Source of the DNA: Opitutales bacterium
Lineage (GTDB): Bacteria; Verrucomicrobiota; Verrucomicrobiia; Opitutales; UBA9783
DNA length: 63,498 nt
Assembly: GCA_016286235.1 (NCBI GenBank)
Contig: JAEESJ010000033.1
Location: forward strand, 1 to 63,498
Direction: 5' to 3'
Part shown: one piece after another, positions 1-9,654 of the stretch
Layout: each line of letters opens with the position of its first letter
How positions within the stretch are numbered: position 1 is the first letter of the stretch
Position numbers and translations under genes: made by a program
The notes under the pieces: generated by a model
Databases searched by the model: none
Told to the model about the DNA's origin: nothing
The model's input: only the letters and a program-made list of their open reading frames with translations

Positions 1-411
1 ACTGCTGCTTCTTTCGAAATACATAACGGTTTGCGTCAATCTTTAAAGTTGATTCCTGTTGAGTTGCCTATTAATAGAGAGAAAGTTCCCATTGATCTAA
101 AGCCTTTCGAAGAAAAGGTTTTAGAGCCTGGGACTTCTTTTTGTTTTATGGATGAGTTCGATAACTTCCCAAGTCGTAATGAAATCCAAATCGACATAGG
201 ACGGGATTTCATGTTGCGTAAAGTGAATATTGTTATACTTCCAAGTGAGGAAATAGTTGGGGAGGTGTGTCTCTTCTATAATTTTCCGGAACCGTTGTAC
301 TTCTGTCATACAGTAGATAATTATTCGAATACGGTTCTTTTTTTGAAGCATAGGAGGTATGGCGGCGCGAACGCGTGGTACATAGAAGTAGCCGAAAAAG
401 TAAAAAACTAA
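1..411 (+). CDS. hypothetical protein, C-terminal part (ORF runs off the left window edge)
   Basis: Frame 1 is open from nt 1 to TAA 409-411; the track lists 31..411 from an internal TTG. A+T-rich. No family recognised. 4-nt tail-to-tail overlap with ruvX. Confidence 0.4.
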   Translation, partial: TAASFEIHNGLRQSLKLIPVELPINREKVPIDLKPFEEKVLEPGTSFCFMDEFDNFPSRNEIQIDIGRDFMLRKVNIVILPSEEIVGEVCLFYNFPEPLYFCHTVDNYSNTVLFLKHRRYGGANAWYIEVAEKVKN

Positions 412-848
412 GTTTCACGCATTGCTGTCTTTTCTTCCATCCACTCCTCCAAAATCACCGCCGCCGCCGCCGAATCAATAACGCCTTTCTTCTTCCGCGC
501 TTTCGCATGGCGTAGCGATAGATTATTCATCCCCGTTAATGTACGTGCGGTTTGGGTCGAGAAGCGTTCATCTTGGAAGTAAATTTTCAGGTCAAAGTGC
601 TGTTTCAGTAATTCCGAAAAGTACCTGACCTCTTTAACGCGTTGTCCTTCGGTGCCGTCGGTATGGATCGGCAGGCCGATCACAAATGTATCGCAACCGT
701 GTTCGTTCACAATGTTCCGTAAATCCCTTAAAACCTGCTCCATTGAATATACCCGCAGGGCTTTCAGCGGCACGACGACTTTTAGCTCATCCGAACCCCA
801 TGCCAGGCCGATGAATTTACTGCCGTAATCGATACCGAGACAGTTCAT
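408..848 (-). CDS. ruvX: YqgF/RuvX Holliday-junction-resolvase-like nuclease
   Basis: 146 aa. MNCLGIDYGSKFIGLA.., ..VIGLPIHTDGTEG.., ..DERFST.., ..IDSAAAAVILE.. align end to end with E. coli YqgF as I remember it. Confidence 0.85.
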   Translation of the reverse strand: MNCLGIDYGSKFIGLAWGSDELKVVVPLKALRVYSMEQVLRDLRNIVNEHGCDTFVIGLPIHTDGTEGQRVKEVRYFSELLKQHFDLKIYFQDERFSTQTARTLTGMNNLSLRHAKARKKKGVIDSAAAAVILEEWMEEKTAMRET

Positions 849-1029
849 TTAAAATTTACGGGCGAACATTCAAAACCGAACCAAAAAATAATGAAGCGAC
901 CGACCTGAAATTCCGTTTTGTAAAATTCGCACTTCATTAAAAAACCTCTTCCAATAACGAGAATCGCCAATCGACTCTGTTGCTTATCTCTTTCGAATGA
1001 CAAAATATAACAACGGGCTCAGCCGTACT

Positions 1030-1602
1030 TTAAGAACACACATTTTCCAACAGTACCGCCAAAACGCTCATCCATATAAAGCACCCGCAATAAGCAAAAA
1101 AACAATTTCGAAACAAAAAGCCGAAAAACCCGTTCTTTTCGTATTTCATCCATTTCCTTTCCCAAGCATAAAACAATAATGCAAAAATGCAAAAAATACT
1201 GTTTATGAAAAAATTTCCCAACAAACCGCCTCCAAATTTGAATAAATTACTGACTGTTCTCTCTCGTTTCTCATGCAAGCGGGCACGTACGACGAAATAA
1301 TGATACATCAGTGAAAAATAAGCACCGATAAACAACACACGACATACGATCGTTTGTTCACCAAAATATCCTGCAAAAGGGAAACATAAAGCGACCGTCA
1401 CATAGATAACGGAGTAAACAATTTTATCCTTCGTTTTTATAAGAGGACAATCTTTTCCCGAAGCTTCCGCCTCTTGCCGCAACCTCTTTATAAACGAAGA
1501 TACCCATGACCGGGTAACCACGGCAATACCGACGACAATCGCCAACGAAACCAACTTCATTTTCGCTCTGTCATTCATTACTTTTTCCCTTCCATGCTTC
1601 AA
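1030..1602 (-). CDS. integral membrane protein, unknown function
   Basis: Several hydrophobic segments. Start uncertain (ATG at 1602, 1578 or 1560); 1560 removes the overlap with the upstream gene. Confidence 0.5.
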   Translation of the reverse strand: MKHGREKVMNDRAKMKLVSLAIVVGIAVVTRSWVSSFIKRLRQEAEASGKDCPLIKTKDKIVYSVIYVTVALCFPFAGYFGEQTIVCRVLFIGAYFSLMYHYFVVRARLHEKRERTVSNLFKFGGGLLGNFFINSIFCIFALLFYAWERKWMKYEKNGFFGFLFRNCFFAYCGCFIWMSVLAVLLENVCS

Positions 1603-2179
1603 TGTATTGATTGGATTTTTGATCGAAAAAAGTTTTCTCTAATTTTTCCGCAACCGCCAGAACAACTGCGCACGCATACAGCGTTCCGTAAAGCATCGAA
1701 AGTGCCGTCAGTCCCATGGAGGTGATGTTCAAAACCAACAAAAACCACGCGAGCATTGAAAAAACTTTCGGATTATTCAGGATCTTTGAAACCGTTTTGT
1801 TGCTCTCCAACAGCGGATACGTATGAACGGCATTCGGATGTTCGCGCTCGCAACAATCGCATGTCGATTGACCGATCAACGCCGCCGATACGCAAAAGCC
1901 GTTTGCACCGCACAAAAACATAACAACGGCGAATTTTATCTTACGGTGCAATTTTTGCAGAAAAACCATTCCCGAAAGATTCAAGCGATGCAAAAGTACA
2001 TACAAAAGTGTAAAACTACCCAAAAACCAAATACCCGTCGCCCCCCAAAGGTATGTTAAAAATGTTCCGAAAGTTCTCTTTACCCAAAAGCCGATAAGCA
2101 GAAAGAGCAGAACCGCTCCGACAGAAAAGGTTTTTAACATATTTACTTCCTTACATTGCGGTCGAAAGTACTCCGTCAC
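1571..2179 (-). CDS. integral membrane protein, unknown function
   Basis: About 4 hydrophobic segments. Likely start is MLKTFSVGAVLLF (ATG at 2140). Abuts the next membrane-protein gene on the same strand. Confidence 0.5.
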   Translation of the reverse strand: MTEYFRPQCKEVNMLKTFSVGAVLLFLLIGFWVKRTFGTFLTYLWGATGIWFLGSFTLLYVLLHRLNLSGMVFLQKLHRKIKFAVVMFLCGANGFCVSAALIGQSTCDCCEREHPNAVHTYPLLESNKTVSKILNNPKVFSMLAWFLLVLNITSMGLTALSMLYGTLYACAVVLAVAEKLEKTFFDQKSNQYIEAWKGKSNE

Positions 2180-2396
2180 GTGAATGTTTTTTGAAAAGTG
2201 CAGTCTTTTACACGTCCGTACACAGTACTTAAAAAAATCTCACGGGATATTCAGATGGGGAAGAAGACACGCACCCCTATGTATTCCGAACATACCTTTT
2301 TATTGGAGGATGCTCTTCACAATCCTTCGGTGTACCTGCGACGTTTTCAATCCTCCGCAATCGACCGAAAACCTCCGGCAGTTTTTACAAACGCCC

Positions 2397-5351
2397 TTAT
2401 GCTTCCTCCCCCTGACCGCAACACTTCTTGTATTTTTTCCCGCTGCCGCAGGGACACGGATCGTTGCGACCGACCTTCGGCAAATCGCGCTTTATCGGCT
2501 TCGGCAGTTCGATTTCGGAAGCGGCAGGCTTCGCTTCCTCCAAGGCGGATGTCGGCGTTTCTTTTGTATCGATCGGACGCAAATGATGGCGCACGCTTGC
2601 CACCAGCGCATCGATATTCTCGGGGCGCGTGGAAGAGCGGAACAAATGAAAGCAAACGTCCTGGCGCATCTGCGATACCATTCGTTCGAAGCAGTGGTAG
2701 GCTTCCATTTTATATTCCACCAACGGATCGCGTTGTCCGTAACCGCGCAACCCGATGCTTTGGCGCAAATCATCGAGTTCCGTCAACTGATTCTGCCAGT
2801 TTTTGTCGATGGCGCGCAACAACACCCAGCGGACGATTTGCGTGCTGATTTCCTTGCCCTCAATGGTCTGTTTTTCCTCATACGCGGATTTCAATTTTGC
2901 CATGAGGTCGTCGACGATTTGCGCACGCGAACGGTGCTCCAGGGTTTGAACATCCAAAAACAGCGGTACCTGAATGTTCAGCCAGTTCACAAACTGCTCC
3001 AAAAGTTCCCGATGTTGCTGTACGCCGATCTTTTCGTCCAACGGCGACAGGCGTTGATTGAGTTCCTCCGAAACCAAATTCCACACCAACGCAATCGGTT
3101 CCTCGATACGGAGCGTTTCGTTGCGCAGATTGTACACGATGGTGCGCTGTTTATTGAGCACGTCGTCGTACTGCAACAGACGCTTGCGCACCGAATAATT
3201 GCGCTGTTCCACTTTTTTCTGTGCCGATTGAATGGAGTGATTGAGAATCGGGTGATCCAGTGCCTCATCGTCCTCCATGGAACGCTCCAAAAACGCCCCG
3301 ATGCGCCCGGCATTGGCAAACAGCCGCATTAAATTGTCTTCCAGCGAAATATAAAACTTCGACCGCCCGGGATCACCCTGACGGGAACAACGACCGCGCA
3401 ACTGACGGTCAATGCGCCGCGATTCGTGCCGTTCCGTTCCCATCACGAACAAACCGCCAAGCTCGGCAACGCCTTCGCCCAATTTAATGTCGGTACCGCG
3501 CCCCGCCATGTTGGTCGCAATTGTCACCGCGCCTTTGTTGCCCGCCTGCGCCACGATTTCCGCTTCCTGCTGGTGATATTTGGCGTTGAGCACCGTATGC
3601 GGAATTTTTGCGTTTTTCAGCAACCGACTCAGCAACTCGGACGCTTCCACCGAGGTGGTACCGACCAGCACCGGCTGCCCTTTGGCGTGCGCCGTTTTGA
3701 TGTCCTCCAACACCGCTTTGTATTTCGCACGACGGGTCTTGAACACAACGTCGTTGTCATCCTTGCGAATGCACGGTTTATTGGTCGGGATCGCCATCAC
3801 TTTGAGGCGGTAAATATCAAAAAATTCCTGCGCTTCCGTCTCCGCCGTTCCCGTCATGCCCGCCAGTTTTTCATACATACGGAAGTAATTTTGCAGCGTG
3901 ATCGTCGCGTAGGTTTTGGATTCCTTTTCGGGACGCAAGCCTTCCTTGGCTTCAATCGCCTGATGCAAGCCTTCGCTCCAACGGCGTCCCGGCATGGCGC
4001 GCCCGGTATTTTCGTCGATGATAATCACCTTCCCGTCCGCTACCATGTACTGGTCATCGCGCTGGTACAGCGTGTACGCGCGCAACAGCTGGCTGATGCA
4101 GTGAATGGAACTGCTCCTGGTGTTAAAAAGAACTTCCGCCTCCTGACGTTTTCCCTGCTTCTGTTGCGGCGTTAAAGACGGATCGCCGTCGATGATGCTG
4201 AACAGCGTCGGCAAATCGGGAAGCGTAAAAGCATCTTTATCCTGCGGATTTAACGTCGTACGACCTTTCTCCGTCAAATCCGCCTGTTGGAATTTTTCCT
4301 CGACCGTATAGTAGAGTTCCTCCTTTAAATCATACGCTCGCTGTCGGTTGTATTCCGCCGAAAGTTGGGTTTCGAATTTATTGTACGCCCGACAAATGCG
4401 CCCTTCTTCCAATAAATGCAACAAAACGGGGTTCTTCGGGTTCGCCATCTTCACCTGATACAACTTCTCCAAGCCCTTTTCGAACTCTTCCGCTTTTAAA
4501 CCCTCCGCAAGAAGGGGCTTGGCTTCGTCGGTCAACTGCGCGCACAAACGCGTTTGCAACTGATGCAGACGCTGAATGCCGGCTCGCAACTGAATATACA
4601 ACGCGCCCGAATCGTCGTTCTCCGCTTCGCCGGAAATAATCAGCGGCGTTCGCGCTTCGTCGATAAGCACCGAATCGACTTCGTCGACAATGCAGAAATA
4701 ATGATCTTTCTGCACCTGTTCCTCCGCCCGCAACGCCATACCGTTGTCGCGCAGATAATCGAAACCAAACTCCGATGCCGTTCCGTAGGTAATGTCGCAA
4801 CGATAGGCTTCGTGACGCTCCTCAAAGCCCATGTCGTGCTGTATGCAACCGACCGTCAGCCCCAGGTACGTAAATAAGTGCCCCATCCAGGTTGAATCGC
4901 GCCGTGCCAGGTAATCGTTGACCGTCACCAGCTGGCAGTTTTTTCCGCTCAGGGCATTCAAATACAGCGGCAGCGTCGCCACGAAGGTCTTTCCTTCACC
5001 GGTCGCCATTTCCGCAATGTAACCACGATGCAACGCAATACCGCCGAGCAATTGGACATCATAATGAATCATATCCCAGGTCGCTTCGTGCCCGCACACC
5101 TCCGCCGTCGTCCCGCACAATCGCCGCGCCGCATTTTTGACGGTCGCAAACGCTTCCGGAAGCAAATCGTCGAGTTTTTCGCCGTTTTGCAACCGCTTCC
5201 TGAAAACCTCCGTTTGCGCCTTCACTTTTTCTTCCGACCAGGACTGCATTTCCTGCTCCAAGGCGTTGATTTTCTTCACAATCGGTTCGCAGGATTTCTG
5301 AAATTTTCGATAATGCCGTCCGACAAAATGCTTTAGAAAGTTTTTAAACAT
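2397..5351 (-). CDS. secA: preprotein translocase ATPase SecA
   Basis: 984 aa. Full-length SecA-like sequence (..[14 protein letters not shown].., ..[19 protein letters not shown].., ..[13 protein letters not shown]..). C-terminal zinc motif [14 protein letters not shown]. Confidence 0.97.
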   Translation of the reverse strand: MFKNFLKHFVGRHYRKFQKSCEPIVKKINALEQEMQSWSEEKVKAQTEVFRKRLQNGEKLDDLLPEAFATVKNAARRLCGTTAEVCGHEATWDMIHYDVQLLGGIALHRGYIAEMATGEGKTFVATLPLYLNALSGKNCQLVTVNDYLARRDSTWMGHLFTYLGLTVGCIQHDMGFEERHEAYRCDITYGTASEFGFDYLRDNGMALRAEEQVQKDHYFCIVDEVDSVLIDEARTPLIISGEAENDDSGALYIQLRAGIQRLHQLQTRLCAQLTDEAKPLLAEGLKAEEFEKGLEKLYQVKMANPKNPVLLHLLEEGRICRAYNKFETQLSAEYNRQRAYDLKEELYYTVEEKFQQADLTEKGRTTLNPQDKDAFTLPDLPTLFSIIDGDPSLTPQQKQGKRQEAEVLFNTRSSSIHCISQLLRAYTLYQRDDQYMVADGKVIIIDENTGRAMPGRRWSEGLHQAIEAKEGLRPEKESKTYATITLQNYFRMYEKLAGMTGTAETEAQEFFDIYRLKVMAIPTNKPCIRKDDNDVVFKTRRAKYKAVLEDIKTAHAKGQPVLVGTTSVEASELLSRLLKNAKIPHTVLNAKYHQQEAEIVAQAGNKGAVTIATNMAGRGTDIKLGEGVAELGGLFVMGTERHESRRIDRQLRGRCSRQGDPGRSKFYISLEDNLMRLFANAGRIGAFLERSMEDDEALDHPILNHSIQSAQKKVEQRNYSVRKRLLQYDDVLNKQRTIVYNLRNETLRIEEPIALVWNLVSEELNQRLSPLDEKIGVQQHRELLEQFVNWLNIQVPLFLDVQTLEHRSRAQIVDDLMAKLKSAYEEKQTIEGKEISTQIVRWVLLRAIDKNWQNQLTELDDLRQSIGLRGYGQRDPLVEYKMEAYHCFERMVSQMRQDVCFHLFRSSTRPENIDALVASVRHHLRPIDTKETPTSALEEAKPAASEIELPKPIKRDLPKVGRNDPCPCGSGKKYKKCCGQGEEA

Positions 5352-5676
5352 ACAAGGCTTTTTTTATTGTGGCGTTTTTTGCGGAAAATACAAGGGAGAA
5401 GGTGTGTGAATACGATTGTTTGAAGCGATGCATTAAGGCAGAAACATCGTTTGAAAAGGAATAAAAATGTCTGTTTTGCAGGAAATTTTTGTCTTTGGAA
5501 TTTCTTTTATCAAATGTTCCGCGAAACAGCACGGCACATCCGTTTGACGGAGAGAAAGCGTGCAGAAACACGGGAAGAAATTGAAGCGTAAACGGCGGTT
5601 GTCGAAAGTTTCTTCCAGGAACCGGCGCACCGCTCCTATTGGAGCGGCGCGGATTATTCCGACGTGATATAAATTT

Positions 5677-7152
5677 CTATTCGTCGTCGGAATCAGAAGT
5701 ATATTTTAAAAGCTTCCCTCTGTGTTCCGATTTTTCTGAATTTTCGCTCGATTCGTTACAGATACTCTCGACGGGGCTTTTTTCAAAATTTATCTCGCTT
5801 TGGCCGATTTTTACGTCCTCTTTTTCATCCTCTTCTTCTTCGAAGGACTCTTTGTCTCGCTCTTCTTTATACTCGATTTTTATCGGCTTCGAATTCATAA
5901 CTTCGGAGAACTCAAAACGGCTTTCGGGGAACCCAAAACAATCTTCGCTTTTGAAAATTTCAGGTTCCTTTGATTTTTTATCCCCGATTTTTATCTCGTT
6001 TTTCCCGCTGTTTTCCTTTTCGAAATGCGCTTTGAATTCGGCATTTAATTTATCTTTGAAGGCATCAAAACCTTTGAAGTAATCCTCCTTTGAGGACTTG
6101 TTAAAGAGCTTTTCCTCTTTCTTATCCTCAACCTTCGGCTCTTCGAGTATGATTTCATTCTTCTCGATTTTGTTGGCTTCTTTGATTTTCCTGCTCTCCA
6201 GATCCATTCGGATAAGCTCCCGAATTCGGTTGCATGCCCGAATCTGCGATTCTTCCCTCATTCGTCTTTCCTTTTCGCGTTCCGGATCTTTTTCTCTCCT
6301 CGCTTTGTCCTCTTCGAAGAGTGCCTTTATTCGATCTTGTGTTGACAATACTGTGCGACTCAGGTTGCTTCTAGAGTCTCTACCGTAACTAAAATCTTCA
6401 TCGTAACTAAAACCTTCATCCTCGCTCTCATCGGAACCGTGATAGGAGGGGTTGCAGCCACTCTCCTCCTGCTCTCCCTCTTCGAGCCTGTATTTGCCCT
6501 CAGTTCCCGCTCTCTTTGCAATATATTCAAGATGCTCCCAAGGAATTAAACCACAGCAGTCGTTTGATGAGCAGCGCTCCAGTGCCCAATCAGGCAACTT
6601 AGACTTATCATAATAATCAGCAATAACATGAGCTTCTCTAATGTTACCAACGTAGACTGGTATATCAGAAATAGCACACAGATTCCATCCCGATTGATCT
6701 CGCACCGTCAGAAAAGCTTCGCGAATATCCTTTCCTTTACGATCCGCCCTTACAACCAATTCGCAATAAAATGCCAGGGTAAAAAAACAACCATAGTCTC
6801 TACCTCTTACAAAAAATGGTGCACTATACCAGAAACTCGAACTAGACTTTTCTTGCACACCCTGCGGTCTCCCTTTTTTGAGGAGCAGGAAATAACTTGC
6901 TCTGTCTCTGGTTAAATCGCCACCCCCTAAGCTAGTAAGCTTGTCACCGTCCCACACGAACTCTATGCAACCGAAATTTTCGCCACCAAACTCGCGTTTT
7001 ATTTCAATAGAGTAACACCGTTTCACTTCTCCTTCTCTCCTTTCTTTTACTTGAATTTTGTACTCCTTCGGATCCCCGTGTACCTGCGCCGTTCCGAACA
7101 GAACCGCCGCCAACCCCATTATTTTTATGCAGTTTTTTATATGATTTTTCAT
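5677..7152 (-). CDS. secreted orphan protein with ~270-aa E/K/D-rich low-complexity tail
   Basis: The maximal ORF extends to 7227. ATG at 7152 gives MKNHIKNCIKIMGLAAVLFGTAQVHG, a typical n/h/c signal peptide. The ~220-aa N-domain matches no family I recognise. A+T-rich. Confidence 0.6.
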   Translation of the reverse strand: MKNHIKNCIKIMGLAAVLFGTAQVHGDPKEYKIQVKERREGEVKRCYSIEIKREFGGENFGCIEFVWDGDKLTSLGGGDLTRDRASYFLLLKKGRPQGVQEKSSSSFWYSAPFFVRGRDYGCFFTLAFYCELVVRADRKGKDIREAFLTVRDQSGWNLCAISDIPVYVGNIREAHVIADYYDKSKLPDWALERCSSNDCCGLIPWEHLEYIAKRAGTEGKYRLEEGEQEESGCNPSYHGSDESEDEGFSYDEDFSYGRDSRSNLSRTVLSTQDRIKALFEEDKARREKDPEREKERRMREESQIRACNRIRELIRMDLESRKIKEANKIEKNEIILEEPKVEDKKEEKLFNKSSKEDYFKGFDAFKDKLNAEFKAHFEKENSGKNEIKIGDKKSKEPEIFKSEDCFGFPESRFEFSEVMNSKPIKIEYKEERDKESFEEEEDEKEDVKIGQSEINFEKSPVESICNESSENSEKSEHRGKLLKYTSDSDDE

Positions 7153-7624
7153 AAGTTCACAAATTTTCACCGCCGTTTTTCTTGGCCGATAAAATCGGCG
7201 TGAGGATTTTAGAAAGGGTGTCAACATTTTTTTGATGATTTTTGGTGGGGAGGAGATCGAAGTTATAAAAATGAGATGTGAAAGAAGCTATATAAGAGGA
7301 TGTTTTTGATGGTAGAAAGAAGATTGGGGAAAGACGGGTTTTTATTATAAAAGGTAAAGGTGGCGCTTTCGGTACAAGTGTGAATAAAGTGTGAACAAAC
7401 ACTCCATCACAAAGAAAGGACATTATCAGCGATGAACAACAGAACGAATCCACCGAAAATAAACCTCAACAAGCAACGCACCGCATCCTTTGCAGACTTA
7501 CACCCTCCGTTCCGTCATCCTTCTAATATATGACGGCACATTCCGCCCCCACAAAACGCTTCCTGTACCGACAGAATTCACATTGACAGCCTCCGTTCTT
7601 CCTCTCCTACTGGAAATATCCGAT

Positions 7625-7701
7625 GCGCCTTTAGCTCAATTGGACAGAGCATCTGACTACGGATCAGAAGGTTGGGGGTTCGACTCCCTCAAGGCGCGCC
7701 A
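7625..7701 (+). tRNA. tRNA-Arg (anticodon ACG), CCA encoded
   Basis: Hand-folded cloverleaf: acceptor GCGCCTT/AAGGCGC, D stem GCTC/GAGC, anticodon stem TCTGA/TCAGA, loop CTACGGA, T arm GGGGG-TTCGACT-CCCTC, discriminator G, CCA. Confidence 0.9.
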
Positions 7702-7946
7702 TAGGAACGGTTGCGACGACAGGGTGCGGTTCGTGTCGCGATTGTTAGTGTGCTGAATGCGATTTTTCGTAAAGGAACAAAGGCGGTATGTTTTTCGGGT
7801 ACGAAGGCGGAGCACAAGAACAAGGTTGCGGAGCGGTTGTTTGGATGAGTTTGGCGGTTTTACGGGATGCATGCAAGAATGACTGTTGCGGGTTTGGTAC
7901 CGAACGTTTCCGGTGAGTCCTGCGGATTTTTATATTTTCAAAAAAT

Positions 7947-8023
7947 GCACCTTTAGCTCAATCGGATAGAGCATCTGTCTTCGGAACAGAGGGTTGGGGG
8001 TTCGAGTCCCTTAAGGTGCGCCA
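7947..8023 (+). tRNA. tRNA-Arg (anticodon TCG), CCA encoded
   Basis: Cloverleaf: acceptor GCACCTT/AAGGTGC, anticodon stem TCTGT/ACAGA, loop CTTCGGA, T arm GGGGG-TTCGAGT-CCCTT, CCA. 67/77 positions identical to the Arg-ACG gene by hand alignment. Confidence 0.9.
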
Positions 8024-8209
8024 CGATTGAAAATGCGACAAACGGCATTTTAGAAAAGCGACGGAGGTTCCGTTTTCGTTGTTTTTTGGCAAAAAATTCC
8101 TTTATTTTCCCAAAACAACGCAATTTACCGTAAAAATTTTTCAACATTTTCCGTAAATTTTCACTTTTGGATTGAAACGCCACCCGAACGCCTCCACCGT
8201 GAGGGTACC

Positions 8210-9391
8210 ATGGAGTCTTGCAATTTACTTGTTCTGCAATCCGGCATCCCGGGTGCCGTCGGCAATTCCGCTCTGTACGGCGTTCTTTCCGAGGCACTTA
8301 ATCATGAAGCGATTGAGGAAGTCTACGGTGTCTGCAACGGATTTGAAGGTATTTTATCGCAAAACTTCATCGATTTGGCGGCACTTTCGCAGAAGAAAGC
8401 GCAGTTGCTCCTTTCGACCGCCGGAAACGCGCTCGGGCACGAGACGTACGGCTTCCAACCGACCGACGAAACCTTCAAAGAGATGGTCGGCGTCCTGTCG
8501 CAACACAACATACGATTGCTTGCGGTTATCGGCGATCGAAAGTCCGTCGAATACACGCGGCAGTTGCTTCAAATCGCGCAGACGGAAGGATACGCGCTCA
8601 ACGGCGTTGTTGTTCCGCAAGCCGACGACAACGAATTTCCGATAACGGATCACGGCTTGGGCTACGGCAGCAGTATCAAATGCCTGAATGCGCTGTTGGT
8701 GTCTTTTGAAAAGTTGTTGCGAAACGAAGCAATTCCCGTCGGCATTTGCGAAATCGAAAACGCCGGCAGTTGGGTCGTCGCCGGAGCCGCCCTGTTATCT
8801 GCAACAACCGAAAAGAGCGTCGATGCCAATGACCTTCCGTACGTGGTTTGCCTGCCGGAACAACCGTTCAACGCCGAACGTTTTTTGAACATCATCCGCA
8901 ACAAAGTACAACGCCGCGAACCAATTTTAGTCGTTACGCATTCGCAACTGATCAATGAAGAAGGCAATCCGTTGGATGTCGGCACATTCGGCTCCGTTGG
9001 TGCTTATCTCGAGCAACTTATCCAATCCGAATTAAACATTCCGACGTACCTTGCTGCTTATAATTTGCACATACAACCGATATCGCACTTCCTCTCCAAA
9101 CAGGATCAGACGGAAGCCGTCGCCTGCGGTTGCGCGGCGGTTCAAGCCCTTGTAAAAGGCGAAAGCGAAAAAGCGGTCATTTTGGTTCGCAACGACAACA
9201 AAGCCGCTTCCTGCGATCCGACCCTTGTACTGTTAAAGGAAATTACCGGCATCAAGTTCTTCCCGAGCGATTGGATTTCCGCCGACACCATGACCTTACA
9301 GTATTCGATGTCGAAATACGCACTACCGCTCATTCAGGGCGAAGTAGCCAATACCTTCGAAAAAGGTTTGCCGCAGTTGTTTCGGTGGTAG
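8210..9391 (+). CDS. phosphofructokinase-family protein with divergent signature motifs
   Basis: 393 aa. Colinear with E. coli PfkA as remembered, but SGGDAPGMN->SGIPGAVGN, IGGDGS->IGDRKS, PGTIDND->PQADDNE, MGR->ENA. Confidence 0.6.
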   Translation: MESCNLLVLQSGIPGAVGNSALYGVLSEALNHEAIEEVYGVCNGFEGILSQNFIDLAALSQKKAQLLLSTAGNALGHETYGFQPTDETFKEMVGVLSQHNIRLLAVIGDRKSVEYTRQLLQIAQTEGYALNGVVVPQADDNEFPITDHGLGYGSSIKCLNALLVSFEKLLRNEAIPVGICEIENAGSWVVAGAALLSATTEKSVDANDLPYVVCLPEQPFNAERFLNIIRNKVQRREPILVVTHSQLINEEGNPLDVGTFGSVGAYLEQLIQSELNIPTYLAAYNLHIQPISHFLSKQDQTEAVACGCAAVQALVKGESEKAVILVRNDNKAASCDPTLVLLKEITGIKFFPSDWISADTMTLQYSMSKYALPLIQGEVANTFEKGLPQLFRW

Positions 9392-9654
9392 GAAGATCTC
9401 GCTTTTTGAGACGAAGTTTTAGCGGTTCTCGGTGAACGACCGGGAGGGTCGACCGGAAGTTGCGGTGTTTGGAGGGGATTTTTAAGGATAACGCCGATAA
9501 GTCTTCGATAACAGAAACAAATTCCATATGATGCGGTTTTTCGGACGCTGAAGAAACTTTTTTGTCAAAAGTCTCCCGCGGTATTCATTACCTACCTGCG
9601 TTTTAAGAACCGAAGCCGCCATGGTCAGTTTGTTGACGGTTTTGAAGGTGTTGT

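Noticed and set aside
2184-3332. 382-aa plus-strand ORF, plus other long plus-strand ORFs at 3426..4175, 4554..4877 and 5028..5336
   Set aside because: They lie entirely antisense to secA, whose translation is unmistakable. Their R/H/Q/L-rich composition is typical of shadow ORFs.
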